This document shows, piece by piece, positions 1 to 11,900 of a DNA stretch of 60,000 nt. Made by a program: the position numbers and the translations under genes. Positions within the stretch are counted from its first letter, which is position 1; every line of letters starts with the position of its first letter. The stretch lies in assembly GCA_044892525.1 (NCBI GenBank), contig CM097885.1, forward strand, positions 28,646,001-28,706,000. The letters run 5' to 3'. This stretch comes from Schmidtea polychroa. Taxonomy: Eukaryota. The notes beneath the pieces are model-generated. The model saw nothing but the letters and a program-made list of their open reading frames with translations. It was not told the origin of the DNA and ran no database searches.

Positions 1-559
1 TACATGTCTAATGCGGGACACTTCCCGGGAGGAGGACAAACAACTCAAATCCAGGACAGTCCGGCATAATCCGGTCGCTTTAATTTAAACAGATAATAAA
101 ACATATAAATGTACCAATTTTACCGCTATTATCAGTTTTGGTAAACCCGTAAATATACGGAATAGACAGTTAAGGTGTTATTAGTTATTTATTTGGACAT
201 TTCACAAGTTTAATAATCATTGAATTAAATAACTCGTAAATAATTTGTTAATAATGTATTAAATAATTATTGAAAAAACAAGCATTTATAAATTCAGTGT
301 AAAAGTATCCGAACAAGAAGTTTGATTGAGAGAAAATATTATTTGTTTGCTTTTAACTGTAGCTACCATTCTACCTTGAAGAGCTAAAGAAAATATATTC
401 ATTAATTATATAATAAAAATATTTTATGAAGTAATAATAATAGCAGGAGTAAAAATATTTGAATATAGATGAATTTGGTAAATAACGGACAAGAGCATTG
501 AATATAGTTGTTCTTATTAGACACATCAATCACACAAAGTAGTTAACACAAAACATTAA

Positions 560-732
560 CACGTTCACGCCAGCGCGGACCACCGATGGGACGTATTTGA
601 TTGTGTTATTAGACTTATTATTAGAAAATTTAATGTATATTCATCAAAAACATTTATTTTTAATTACAATTATAATTAATAACTTATTATAAACAGATGC
701 GCAGCAAGAAAATCGGCGCCGGGGTGAACGTG
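560..732. mobile_element. piggyBac-like MITE
   Basis: TTAA at 556-559, imperfect ~20 bp TIRs (CACGTTCACGCCAGCGCGGA / rc CACGTTCACCCCGGCGCCGA), TAAA after the right end. Confidence 0.55.
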
Positions 733-917
733 TAAAATCATTAAAAATTGTAGAAATATAGGAATATAGATGTCAATTTTTTATGTTGAAACATAACTAT
801 GGCGACCATGTGGCAATTGAACAACCACCTGAAAACGCTATTTTAGGAATCACGACAAAACCATGTCATTTCTATAGAAATAATTCATCATCACATTGTT
901 CGAAATATCACATACAT

Positions 918-1271
918 TCAATTCATGGCTCCAATCACTTCTCGATATGTCGGAGCAAATTCGTTTGGGTCATCTCCTTCCACCGATCGTTCGCACTCAT
1001 CTCCGAAGGCAGCCATGTACCGAGAACTATGCAACTTTATTTGTGAATTAACTTCATAACACTGGTGTTTGAAGTGTCCATTCTTGTGACAATGATTGCA
1101 TTTGACAATTGGGCATTCTGACCTTAGATGACATTCTTCTCTACAATCCCAACATCTTCGCATGCGGTTATCTTGGTTTGGATAAACATTTCTCCTAATC
1201 GATCCGTTAAAATGTTTAGTGGGCATTGTTGTCCTTCTCGGAATTGTCCTTGATTTCTGGTCTTTTTCCAC
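918..1271 (-). pseudogene. gag: Gypsy gag C-terminal fragment with two zinc knuckles
   Basis: CWDCREECHLRSEC and CNHCHKNGHFKHQC; ends EVIGAMN*, like ELVGAIY* of the gag at 27.2 kb. Confidence 0.7.
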
Positions 1272-1419
1272 TCATTTCGATTTCTTGATATTTGAACATT
1301 TGTTTCCGGTCGTCCCACATTCCTACTTTGTTCGATTTGTTCGATGAAGATGAATCTTTACTTATTTCAAAAACAACAATTTCTTTGGATTTGATAGGTT
1401 AAAAATCGTATGTTGTAAA

Positions 1420-1778
1420 ATAAGGCCAATCTGATGACCTGCCAGCAATGATGACTCAACTCGCACTCGTCGAATCATTAATTTTACATCAACCAACTGA
1501 TATTTCGGTGATACACGAACAACAGCTGAATCCAAACCAAATTTTGAATCTAATATCGTCATATGAATATGTACATTAACTCCTGGGAGTGAATATATTT
1601 CAGTTGGTCCATAAAATCAAGTTGTAATGAGTAACACAATGAAAACTATCTCGATTTGGCAATCCATGTTTTCCTAAATTCTTTAGTTCCATAACCCATT
1701 GATGGAAGATACACACTCTTTGTATTTCCATTAAAGTTTAAAATCGTCTCAATTAAAGCTTTGTGTGCATATGTATTG
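1420..1778 (-). pseudogene. Frameshifted remnant of a Polinton major capsid protein (older element)
   Basis: NNTYAHKALIETILNF, PGVNVHIH and KLMIRRVRVESSLLAGHQIGL resemble conserved Polinton MCP (PY) blocks. Confidence 0.6.
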
Positions 1779-2914
1779 TTGAAGATAAGAATTGGATGCA
1801 AGATTTGGCTTTTTTGACGGACATGATGTTCCATCTTAACCAGCTCAATACCAAACTTCAAGGTTCCAACCAGCTTGTACACATTTTGTTTGAGGCTGTG
1901 AAGGCCTTTGAGTTGAAACTTCAAATTTTGATGACACATTTACATCAACACAAATTGGATCACTTTCCGACGTGCAAGAAAATACTCAATGCGGGAGACA
2001 AATCATTTAAATTCGAGCGGTATGAGGAATTAGTTACGAACCTGCTGCAGGAGTTTAAAAGAAGATTCGTTGACTTCCGTTCCAATGAAACGGAAATCTG
2101 TCTCTTTGGAAGTCCTTTCCTGGTTGATGTTGAATATGTGTCGATAGATTTTCAAATGGAGCTTGTTGAGCTGCAGTCAGATAGCTTTTTAAAACAAAAA
2201 TATCTAGTAGAAAACTTGATCGAGTTTTATTCCCTCTTAACTCCCGACAAGTATCCAGCATTGTGGAAGAATGCATTGAAGATGATAAGTTTGTTTGATA
2301 GTACATACATATGTGAGCCGACATTTTCGAGAATGAAATGCAATAAGTCGGTCACAGGGCCAGACTTACTGATGATCATTTGCACGACATCTTGCGCATT
2401 TCCGTGTCTACATTTGATGTTAGTATAGAAGAGCTCTCATCTGGCAAACAAGCTCAGGTTTCTCACTGAAAGACATTTGCCCTGAATAGTTAAAACGTAA
2501 TGTTTTTGTGCAAGAATGTTTTTTGAATGTAAAGTTTTAAATATCTCTTTCTTTTCTTTTTTTCAGTTGGTAGCTTTACGAACTGTAGTAAAAAATGTAA
2601 TAATGGGCCGCCGGTAAATAATGAACAAAATTTATTGTTTATTTCATATTTTTATCTATTTTAACCAATTAGTTTTGTATGCTACATTTTGAAAATTTGC
2701 CCGATTCATTATGCTTTATAATCAGGGCTATCAAGTATAAATAGTGCCAGTTTATCCTGTACCTAAGAAGCATAATTTATTTAACATGCACGCAAATGCT
2801 TTATTGTTTTTTTAGCGGTTGTCTCAGACCCCACTACGGGCTATTACTGCGCTTCTCCTGTTCCTTAGTTGGAATTAGCACAGAAGCATTAGTTAAAAAT
2901 TTACGCCACCCCTG
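1779..2914 (+). mobile_element. 5'-truncated hAT transposon (SPIN/Buster, GTF2IRD2-like transposase)
   Basis: ORF 1763-2428 has DLAFLTD..HLNQLNTKLQG and STYICEPTFSRMK; right TIR GCCACCCCTG ends at 2914, followed by ATCTAGAT (NNNTANNN-type site). Confidence 0.8.
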
Positions 2915-2922
2915 ATCTAGAT

Positions 2923-4540
2923 CCATATTGCTTACCCATAAAATATGGTAATTCTCCACCGATCTGACTACCCCAATGACAGGATTATTCATCTGTCTTT
3001 TTGAAATGTAAAGTTAAATGATTTTTTGAATCTGTTGAAAAATTTCCAAAATCATAAAGTATATTAATTTCTATATTGTTTATAAAGGATGTTGGGTTTT
3101 CCATTAAAATTAGCAATATTTCATCTTATTCATGTTTCTCAATCCATACTGATTTTAATAGAGGAACACTAACATCATCAACAATTATCGATTCAACAAT
3201 ATTATCACATATGAACATTTGATGAAGTTTGATTATTTTCGGTTTTGATGTTCCCTCATTAACTTGTCCATTTTTGTAAATATATTTCTATTGATAATTC
3301 CAATGTCTTGCCAAATTTTGGTTTAATTTAACTTGACAAATATTAGAATTTAATCGGAATTTAATATGTTTTGATATCACTTGCTGTTGAATATATGCAA
3401 TCTTAGATTCACTATAAAATGGAAAAAGATTATATACAAATGTAAACTCTAGCAATGCTACTTCCCAATTATTATTCAAATAGATTGGATTTTGAAGTTC
3501 AACAATAAATTTACTTGCATCGTTATTTGGATGGATTTGGAGTATCTATTGCTTGGTAAGATTATGTAAAAATTAGTTTTGTTCTTTTTTGTTCTAATAT
3601 CCACTTAGCGTTATGATAACCATGCAACTTGAAGTAATATTGTTTCTCTTTTTCCCTAGTCTTTAATATTTTTTCTATTCTAAAAATTGTAGGACTTGGA
3701 ATAACTTGTAGTTCTTTCTCGTAGAATTCCCTACAATTTCATTATTATTTCATTATTATTAATGACATACGTTACAAAACTCTGTTGAAATTTGAAGAAC
3801 TGCCTCGCTCCAATTGCTATCAAATATTCGTTTTTTAATCTAATTCTTTAAATTTCATTTCTTTGAAGGTTTGGCAATTATATTTTTGAGAAGACATTAT
3901 TAATCCTTTTTTTTGATCAACTTCATTTAAATACTATTGATCCGTTTTTGTTAAATAAATCTATTCGAACTCGTAAATCATCCGAACATTTCTGAGTAGA
4001 ATCGAGGAATAAATAACTATGTGGATTTTTAGTTGCATCTTGAAATGCTTCTTGTAGAAATTTCCGATTGTTTGGATATGCTTGTGTTGATGGAACATCA
4101 ATAACTGTTGCATATTTAGGTTTTTAAATATTATTAGATAATGCACATTTAAATTACGAGTTCTATGATTTCCTCCCTGATGGAAAAGGCTTTGGGTAAT
4201 AAAATTAACTGTAACTACAACATGTCTAGAAATCTTTGTAAACAAATTATTAAATTCCTTTTCTTTGTTGGTTGCTTGATACAAATCATCAATAATGATG
4301 ACATGTCTCTTTTGTAAACGTTTTGTCAATCTTTATCAAATCCGTTTACAGTTCTCATTTGAACTTTGCAAAATTCTGAATGAGTCAAACTATTTTCAAT
4401 TTCCAAACCTCGATGCCAATATATATTGTTGAAGTTTTCAACAAACAAATTAGATTGCAATAATTTACATACAACAAGCGTTTTACCACTACCACTAGGG
4501 CCGACAATTTGGTAAACAGCTTCATTTTGTAAATCCATTT
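2923..4540 (-). mobile_element. Degraded second Polinton: packaging ATPase, integrase tail and minor capsid remnants
   Basis: ATPase GPSGSGKT, IIIDDL, FTKISRH, NVHYLIIFKN (3961-4538, frameshifted); integrase-type KRIFDSNWSE; minor capsid-type LQNPIYLNNNWEVALLEF. Confidence 0.7.
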
Positions 4541-5177
4541 GAATTAATGTTTTACAATCAATAAACGTGATTAAATGAAAATAATTGTTGATAAATTCAA
4601 AGATTTTGAATTTTTAGAACAAATATTTTATTTTTAAACAAAGATTCGAGGTCTCTTTTATGAATTAAATCAAAATCAAAAACATTAGTATCAATATCAC
4701 TATTCATATCTGCTCTATATATTATTAAAACAAGTTTATTTAAACAAAAATTCATATTTTGCGCAATAATAATAAACATTTAAACAAATATTTTATATCT
4801 CCATCAAAAACTACTTCAGAAAGTTGAAAGTCACATTAAAATATCTTTTTGAAAATTATCGTGAATTATCGATTAATTTCCCTTTTTCTTAATTACCAAG
4901 ACGCAAATTTTTCTTGAAAAATGTCTTGACTAATTATTTCGCGTTCCAAATGTTCCCAAAAATGGAAATCTTTTTCTCGATTTAATAAGAAATCTTGTTT
5001 GTCATCAAAAAACACACCTTTTTCGTATAGGACGCTGGACAAAATATTATTTTCTTTTAAGGAACACCCATTAACACCTCTTATTATAGTTTTTTTGATT
5101 TTTAATTAATATTTTTATACTTTAAATTATTATTGTGAATTTGGTGTTTTTATTGCTTTTTCACATCATTTTTGTAC

Positions 5178-5259
5178 CTCTCTTGTTGAATCCCAACAAA
5201 CACGGTATTGGAGATTGATTTGTTATACATTTTTTTGGATTCAATTAACACCAAAAGCT
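5178..5259 (-). CDS. Candidate exon of an unidentified minus-strand host gene
   Basis: AG/GT bounded, open frame ELLVLIESKKMYNKSISNTVFVGIQQE, phase-compatible with exon 5363-5459. Confidence 0.35.
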
Positions 5260-5362
5260 CTGTAGCTATAGATATGAAAACTTAAATTATACAATAAATT
5301 TTAGGAGTCATCCAGCTAATAATTAATTGTATTAAAGATAAAACAATTTCAAATAACTTTAC

Positions 5363-5459
5363 CTTTGCAAGCTTCAATAAGTCCCCAGAGTAATAAAGCT
5401 ATCATTAATAGATACAGAAGGACCACAAATATCTTCAAGCAGAAGAGGCACGATTCACT
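5363..5459 (-). CDS. Candidate exon encoding a transmembrane helix (minus-strand host gene)
   Basis: tttag acceptor, gtaaag donor, SESCLFCLKIFVVLLYLLMIALLLWGLIEACK. Confidence 0.4.
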
Positions 5460-6055
5460 CTAAATAAACAAATACTTATCGTGGAAAACTATCATAAGTA
5501 GTGTGGATAAAATGATTTTTAGAGCCTATTGTTTTACCGAACCATTGTTTGACTTCATACGACAAGGGAAAAATTGTTAAATATATGAATCTTTATGAGA
5601 TATCGCGTAAAATGAAGAGATATCTATGAAAATTCAACCTCACTCAAGCTATTATTTACTAGAAACTATTTTTTATTTTAATCAAAAAAATTAGAAAATT
5701 TTTAGGAAATTAGAGAGTGCAAATTATGAATTGTACACAATATTAAAAAGAATGAAAGTAAAATAATTTATGAAGCTGGCAGCGTACGACTAAATGTGAG
5801 TCTAGAAATAAATCTTTATACATTAACGAAACGAATCTCACAGAAACTTCTGCAAAAATACATGAACTCACAAGCGAATGGTATGAGGACTAGTGGTACC
5901 GGATGACATGTCAAGGATACATATCAAGAACAATAGGTGCAAACAGACAATTAGCACATCTAATCAAATCACATACCCTAACAGACAAACAATACATTTT
6001 TCTCATTAAGGCAAGAAATAACATGATAAGTCTCAATTATAGCGCATACAAATTA

Positions 6056-6312
6056 TTAGGATTCTCATCCTTTTTTAAATCACTAAATAATTCCATAAAT
6101 TTTATTTAATAAAAGATATCTCAAAAAACTTGTCTGATCTTATTTTTGTTATTTAAACAAATTTAAGATTTTCTTAAAATATTTCTTTAATAAAGATATT
6201 TCTTAAAATTGATAAATTTTCTTTCTTCTTTTTAAAATATTTTTCAATAAAAATATATTTAAAATTTTTACCAAATTTCTAATTAATCTTTAAGAATCTT
6301 TTAACTTCCTCA
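6056..6312 (-). repeat. Gypsy 3' LTR (~257 bp, TGAGGA...TCCTAA)
   Basis: Follows the polypurine tract AAGGAGGGGGA on the minus strand; homologous to 28241-28449, which abuts the PBS. Confidence 0.85.
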
Positions 6313-7979
6313 TATCCCCCTCCTTAAGAAATTTTTTAAGTTTTTCCACGTTTCTTTCAATCTTTTTACCATTCTCGTTTCTTAAGATATATCGTCTGTC
6401 ATGCACTTTCTCGATTACTTTATATGGTCCCTCATATCTGTCCTGGCTTTTGTTGCGTGTTTCTAATTTTACTAACACATCATCTCCTACGTCAAATTTC
6501 CTTCTTGTTTGTTCTTCTTGTTCTTCCTTTACTTGTTTTTCTTTTGACCCGTACCATTTCTCCCTGCTAATCTTTTTTTCCAAAAACTATCTCTGCCGGG
6601 CTTATTCCTGTCGTTTTTTGTTTGGTTGCATTTAATGTAAATTCGACTTCTGGTAGTATCTCTGCCCAATCCGTCATCCTTCTGAATCGTAAAGAAGCAT
6701 TTATCCGCTTTCGTATTGTCCTGAATTGCCATTCTATCTGTCTATTTGTTTGGTGATGGTATGGACTCGAAAAACATAACTTAATATCAAGTTTCTTTGT
6801 GAATTCTCTCAACATTCCTGATTCAAACGCCTTCCCACAATCAACTTTTATCTCCTTTGGGCACCCGAATCTTAAAATCCATTTTTCTAAAATCGTTTAT
6901 TTTATTGTTTCTTCGTCTTGTCTTGTTATAGCTGTCAGGACTTGATACTTACTATACTGGTCTATTATACCCAATATATACTTCTTACGTCCTTTTGTTT
7001 CTTGCATTGGTCCACATATATCCACGAATATAATTTCGAACATTTCGGTTGATTCTAATTTTTTTACTGGTTTCTTCGTTGTATTTGTTATAGCCTTGGT
7101 TTTTTGACAAGTCTCACAACTTTGAATAGTTTCCTGAATCTGACTCCACAGGTTTTTCCCAATATATCTATCTTGCATATAATCAGCTATCTTCTCGACT
7201 CCAGCATGACACAATAGACTATGTATTTCCTTTATGGTTTCTTGTATCTCGATTTCATGTATCATCGTTCTCTTTCGTAATTCTTCTTCCAAATTTATTT
7301 GTTGATTGGTGCTTCTACCTTCTTCTCTGATCGAGTCTAGTAATCTAGTTTTTATCTTTCCTTTCTTAGCTTCTTCGTGAGCCATTTGACATTGAACACA
7401 CGTTTCACATTTAGTTCTGGACACCATGTCTGCATTTTGGTGATTAACACCCTTTCTATATTCAACGATTATATCCAAACTGCTCAAATAATTTATTCAG
7501 GTTTGGAATTGTGAAGTAAAACTGGCATCAGTATCTAAAATGAACTCCTTTCTCAGATCCGGAAAGCATAGAATCGGTGCCGTTGTGAATGCTAACTTCA
7601 TTCCTTCAATACATTATTCGTTCCTTCAGTCCATTCCAGTTTTATTTTAATCGGACCGCTACATAATTGTTCTAACATCCTTGATTTCTTTGCATACTCA
7701 CTGATGAATCTTCTATAATAATTACAAATGCCTAGAAAGCTTCGAAGTTTCTTTACGCAACTTGGCTTCCCAAAATTTTGTATAGCCTGAATCTTAGAAG
7801 GATCGGTTTTTACTCCTTCTTAACTGATTATTTGTACCTAAGAATCTGATTTTTTTCTTTATTATTTGACACTTTTCTGGGTTAATCTTTAGACCTGCTT
7901 CATCGATCGCTTTTAATACTTCACTGAGTATTGTATAATGTTTTTCTTTACTATTCGAATAAATCACAATGTCATCCAA
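6290..7979 (-). pseudogene. pol: Gypsy pol 3' half (RT from LDD, RNase H with 234 bp deletion, integrase)
   Basis: LDDIVIYS, KINPEKC, HHCC zinc region, FVDICGP, SPYHHQTN, GPY motif; stops and frameshifts. Confidence 0.9.
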
Positions 7980-8881
7980 AGTAGTGTGTATATATACCCA
8001 ACCCAAACAGCCCTCCCAACAAAAACATACCTCCATTACGCTTAAACCATTAGAAAAACAACATTAAACCTATGCTTTTATAGTATTTTAACCCCATATT
8101 TTAAACAACAACCACCCTTAATCTTTAAAGCCTCAAACTCAAAAGCTTCAAACTAAAAAGAGAATAGAAAAAAAAATGAAAAAGCATTATGAAAAAGTTA
8201 GAGGGCTATTTGGGATCAATCAAACTCCGGAGTTGATCTTTATCAGATTATTGATTTTAAATTATATAAATGAAAAAATAAATGAAAAATAGTAAAACTG
8301 CTCTGAGGGGACAGTGGTTTTTTTTTTTTTTTTTTCACTGTCCCCTCAACAGTTTTTTTGATCCGGATCATTTCAACCTCTTTCGTTTATCAAATCTCTT
8401 CTAATATACAAGCTGGCCAGACTCATACATCAGAATCAATCCGATAATAGCAGCACACCTTATTATTCGCTTCTCGCTCGAATACGATTTCATCGGCGTT
8501 TTAAGCGTGCTGCTCGAAAGTACAAATGAATTCGAAAGTGAATCCGAAAGAGGTCCGAAAACAACTGAGAAATAAATGTGCACATTAAAGAATCGATCCG
8601 GGGGTGTTCGAAAGACAGGTGGCGATAATTACCGGTTCGCCACCATCACCCGTTTCAATAATTTTTTTTTCATATTTATGTTTAAAAATAAAATAATTAA
8701 TAAAATAAATAAAATAAATAAAATAAAATAAAATAAAATAAAAATAAATAAAATAAAATATAAATCTAAGATACCCACACTATTATTTTCAAATTTTTAA
8801 AAAAAAAAAAAACTAACCACAGTTAGGATTTGAACCGCTATCCATTTGAACCACGGTGCCGGTCTAGCCCACTGCGCTATC
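7980..8881. repeat. Polinton left terminal inverted repeat (~900 bp)
   Basis: Starts AGTAGT; inner boundary defined by loss of homology with 21547-21910. Confidence 0.85.
8304..8348. other. 13 bp perfect hairpin with oligo-T loop in the TIR (copy at 23366-23412)
   Basis: TGAGGGGACAGTG-G(T)18-CACTGTCCCCTCA, extendable by AAAACTG/CAGTTTT. Confidence 0.85.
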
Positions 8882-8886
8882 GGGCT
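8813..8886 (-). ncRNA. tRNA-like Pol III unit at the inner edge of the left TIR
   Basis: A box TAGCGCAGTGG (8869-8879), B box GGTTCAAATCC (8826-8836), T14 terminator (8799-8812). Confidence 0.7.
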
Positions 8887-8985
8887 TTGGATTTTTGTTA
8901 TTTTTTATACTGTCACATTATGAAAATAAATATAAAAACATAAAAAATCAAAACAGGATATCCAATAAAAAATTTTTTTCTAAAA

Positions 8986-11900
8986 ATGAATTGTAATATT
9001 TGTAATAAAGTTTTTAAAAATAAAACTGGATTAATTTCTCACTTAAAATCGAAAGCTCATTTATTAAAAGAAAATAATCTTAATGACACAAATTCAAAAG
9101 TTTGTCCTAAATGTAAAGGAAGATTTCTACATTCTGGATATAATAAACATTTTGAAAATTGTATCGGGAAAAATAGAGAAATATTTACATGTTCTCACTG
9201 TAACTTTTCAACAAAAGTAAATTTCTATTATTTAGAACATATAAAAGAATGTAAAAATAAAAAACAAAATTCTGACGATGAGGAATGTCATTCAGAAGGA
9301 GAACCTGATCATGTTGAAAGAGAAAAATATAACTGGGATAATTTTAATCATATAGATGAATTTCAATTAAAAATTAATGGACCTGCAACTCCTGGAGAAT
9401 ATATAAATAAAAATAAAAAAAATATTAAAAATTCTTTCACTGAAGCTTTAAAAAATTATAAACCGACAAGGTATAATGTTATAAAATATAAGATTATAAT
9501 CAAAGCAAAATACTGGCGAGGAGCAGAAGAAAAGACAACACCTTTAGATGTTGAAATTGGAATACCCTTTAAATATTTATTTTCAACTAAAGGATTTGAT
9601 AAAACCATCAAAGAAATAATTCAAGCAGTAGAAGCAAAACAAGAAGAGGTTGAAAATGAATTAGGAGATTCAAACTTAGTATTCAACTCTTTCCAAACTT
9701 TAGTGATTGATTATTGGAGAGGATTACCACCTAATCCTAAATCTTATTTTCCTACACCCTTTAAATCTAAAAATGTTATAAACATACAGAATAATGATAA
9801 CAAATGTTTCGTCTGGTCAATACTTGCACATTTACACCCTCAAGAATCAAACCCTCAAAGAGTTTCAAAATACAAACAATATGAAAATGAATTAATATTT
9901 CCCAAAGGATTCAAACATCCAATGAAACTAGAAGACATTCCAAAATTTGAAAGTTTAAATAATCTTAAAATTAATATTTATGAACGTGTTAAAGGGAAAC
10001 ATGTTAATAGCAGAGAAATTATTCTAATTTATTTTTCAGATTATGAAGTTAGAGATAATGAACCCCAGGATAACACTAGGGAGATATATCTTTTAATCTT
10101 GGAACAACAAAATAATCAACATTATGTTTTAATAAAAAACTTTCAAGCTTTTACATCACCAGAGAATCCAACTAGTGGAGGAGGAACATGTAAAAGATGT
10201 CTTCATTATTCAACAACTAAAAACTCTATGATTAAACATACAAGATTTTGTGAAAAAGATGATCCAGCTTTAATTAAAATGCCTAATAATCCCAAGATGT
10301 ATTTTAAAAACTTTTCAAATTTACTACAAACAGTAGGAGTGCTTTATGGGGACTTTGAATCTATAAATCGTAAACAAGATTTGGTTAAACAATATTTAAA
10401 AATAATAGAAAAAAATAAACTCATGGATTCCTGGAACTCCTCAGGAGAGAAGATGAAACCAGAGAGGATGAAAGCCTTTCTAAGAAAAAGGAATAAACCT
10501 AATAGTGTTAAAAAAACTAAACAATTACCATCTGCTTATAAATTATTATTTAAAAGTAATTATCCTGAACTCATAGAATCTAGAGAATATACATTTCGAG
10601 GAATTTCAGAAACAGAAGTCTTGAATCATTTTACTAAAAGTATAAATGATCTTGAACATGAAATATTTAAAGTATTAAAAACAAACTATCCTCAAAATAT
10701 TTCTAATCAACAACAACAAGAATATGAAAACACTTCCAACTGTTGGATGTGTAAACAACCATTTGAAGAGTCTCCGAATATAAAAGTCCTCGATCATGAT
10801 CATTTAAAAAAGGAAAATAATTATCGAGGAGCAGCTCATAAAAATTGTAATCTTAATTGTCATACTCCTAAATTTGTACCTGTTATATTTCATAATCTTT
10901 TTGGTTATGACATACATCTATTTATTAAACATTTAGCAGCAAATGCTAAAAACTCTTTCAAAGTTATAGGACTTACAAAGGAAAAATATAAATCAGTTGA
11001 ATATGGAAAATTAAAATTTATAGACTCGTTAAACTTTCTTCAAATGTCTCTAGATGGAATAGCTAAAACAATGAAACCAGAAGATTTTAAAATCACTCGA
11101 GAATTCTTGGAAAAAAATAATATTCCTCTAGAAGAATATCCTACATGTTTAGCAAAAGGAATATATCCTTATGACTATGTTGACTCGTTTGAAAGATATA
11201 ATGAAACAAGTCTTCCTAGCCAAGAAGATTTCTATTCACAACTTCAAAAAAATCATATTACAAATCAAGAATATTCTCGAGCAAATAAAATGTGGGAATT
11301 ATTCAAGTGTAAAACTTTAGGAGAATATACAAGTATGTATTTATCCTTGGATGTTTATATTCTAGCAGATTGCTTTGAAGAATTTACAAAATCTTTTGTT
11401 CTTAAACCTTACAATTATATAACAGCACCCTCTTTAGCTTGGGATACTTTATTATATACCATTTGGACTTCAAATATAGAAGAAGCTGATAAAATTATAG
11501 ATCTTTTAACTAACCTCGATATGTTTAATCTAATTAAAACAAACATTAGAGGAGGAGTCTCTTCAGTAATGGGGAATAGAGAAATAAAAGCTAGAAATGC
11601 AATAACTACTAGCAGAATGCTTTCAAAGACCTCTGATCCATATATAAAAATTAACAATGAGGAATTAAAAGAAATATTAGAAACAATGAAAAATCCTATA
11701 TTTATACTTTATAGAGATGCAACAGCTTTATATTCAGGAATTATGATTCAATATTTACCAATGGGTGATTTCATTGAAATAGAATCATCAAAAGACCTTA
11801 TAAAAGAAATACTTTCAACATCGAAAGATTCTCCAATAGGTTACTTTGTAGAATGTGACTTATTATATCCAGATGATATAAAATCAGGAACAAGATATTT

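Larger units (their letters stand above)
5817..9803. repeat. Left arm of large inverted duplication (partner 21906-26132)
   Basis: Reverse-complement identity; identical ORFs on opposite strands (196 aa, 80 aa, 60 aa, 68 aa, pPolB N-terminus). Confidence 0.97.

Noticed and set aside
7794..8036. 80 aa ORF MEVCFC...LDDIVIY (copy at 23680-23922)
   Set aside because: Chimera reading out of the Polinton terminus into the broken RT
8401..8583. 60 aa ORF in the TIR (copy at 23131-23313)
   Set aside because: No recognisable motif; duplicated only because the TIR is duplicated
8690..8762. AAAAT repeats as a CRISPR-like or spacer array
   Set aside because: Simple sequence repeat with no spacers; no CRISPR seen in the window
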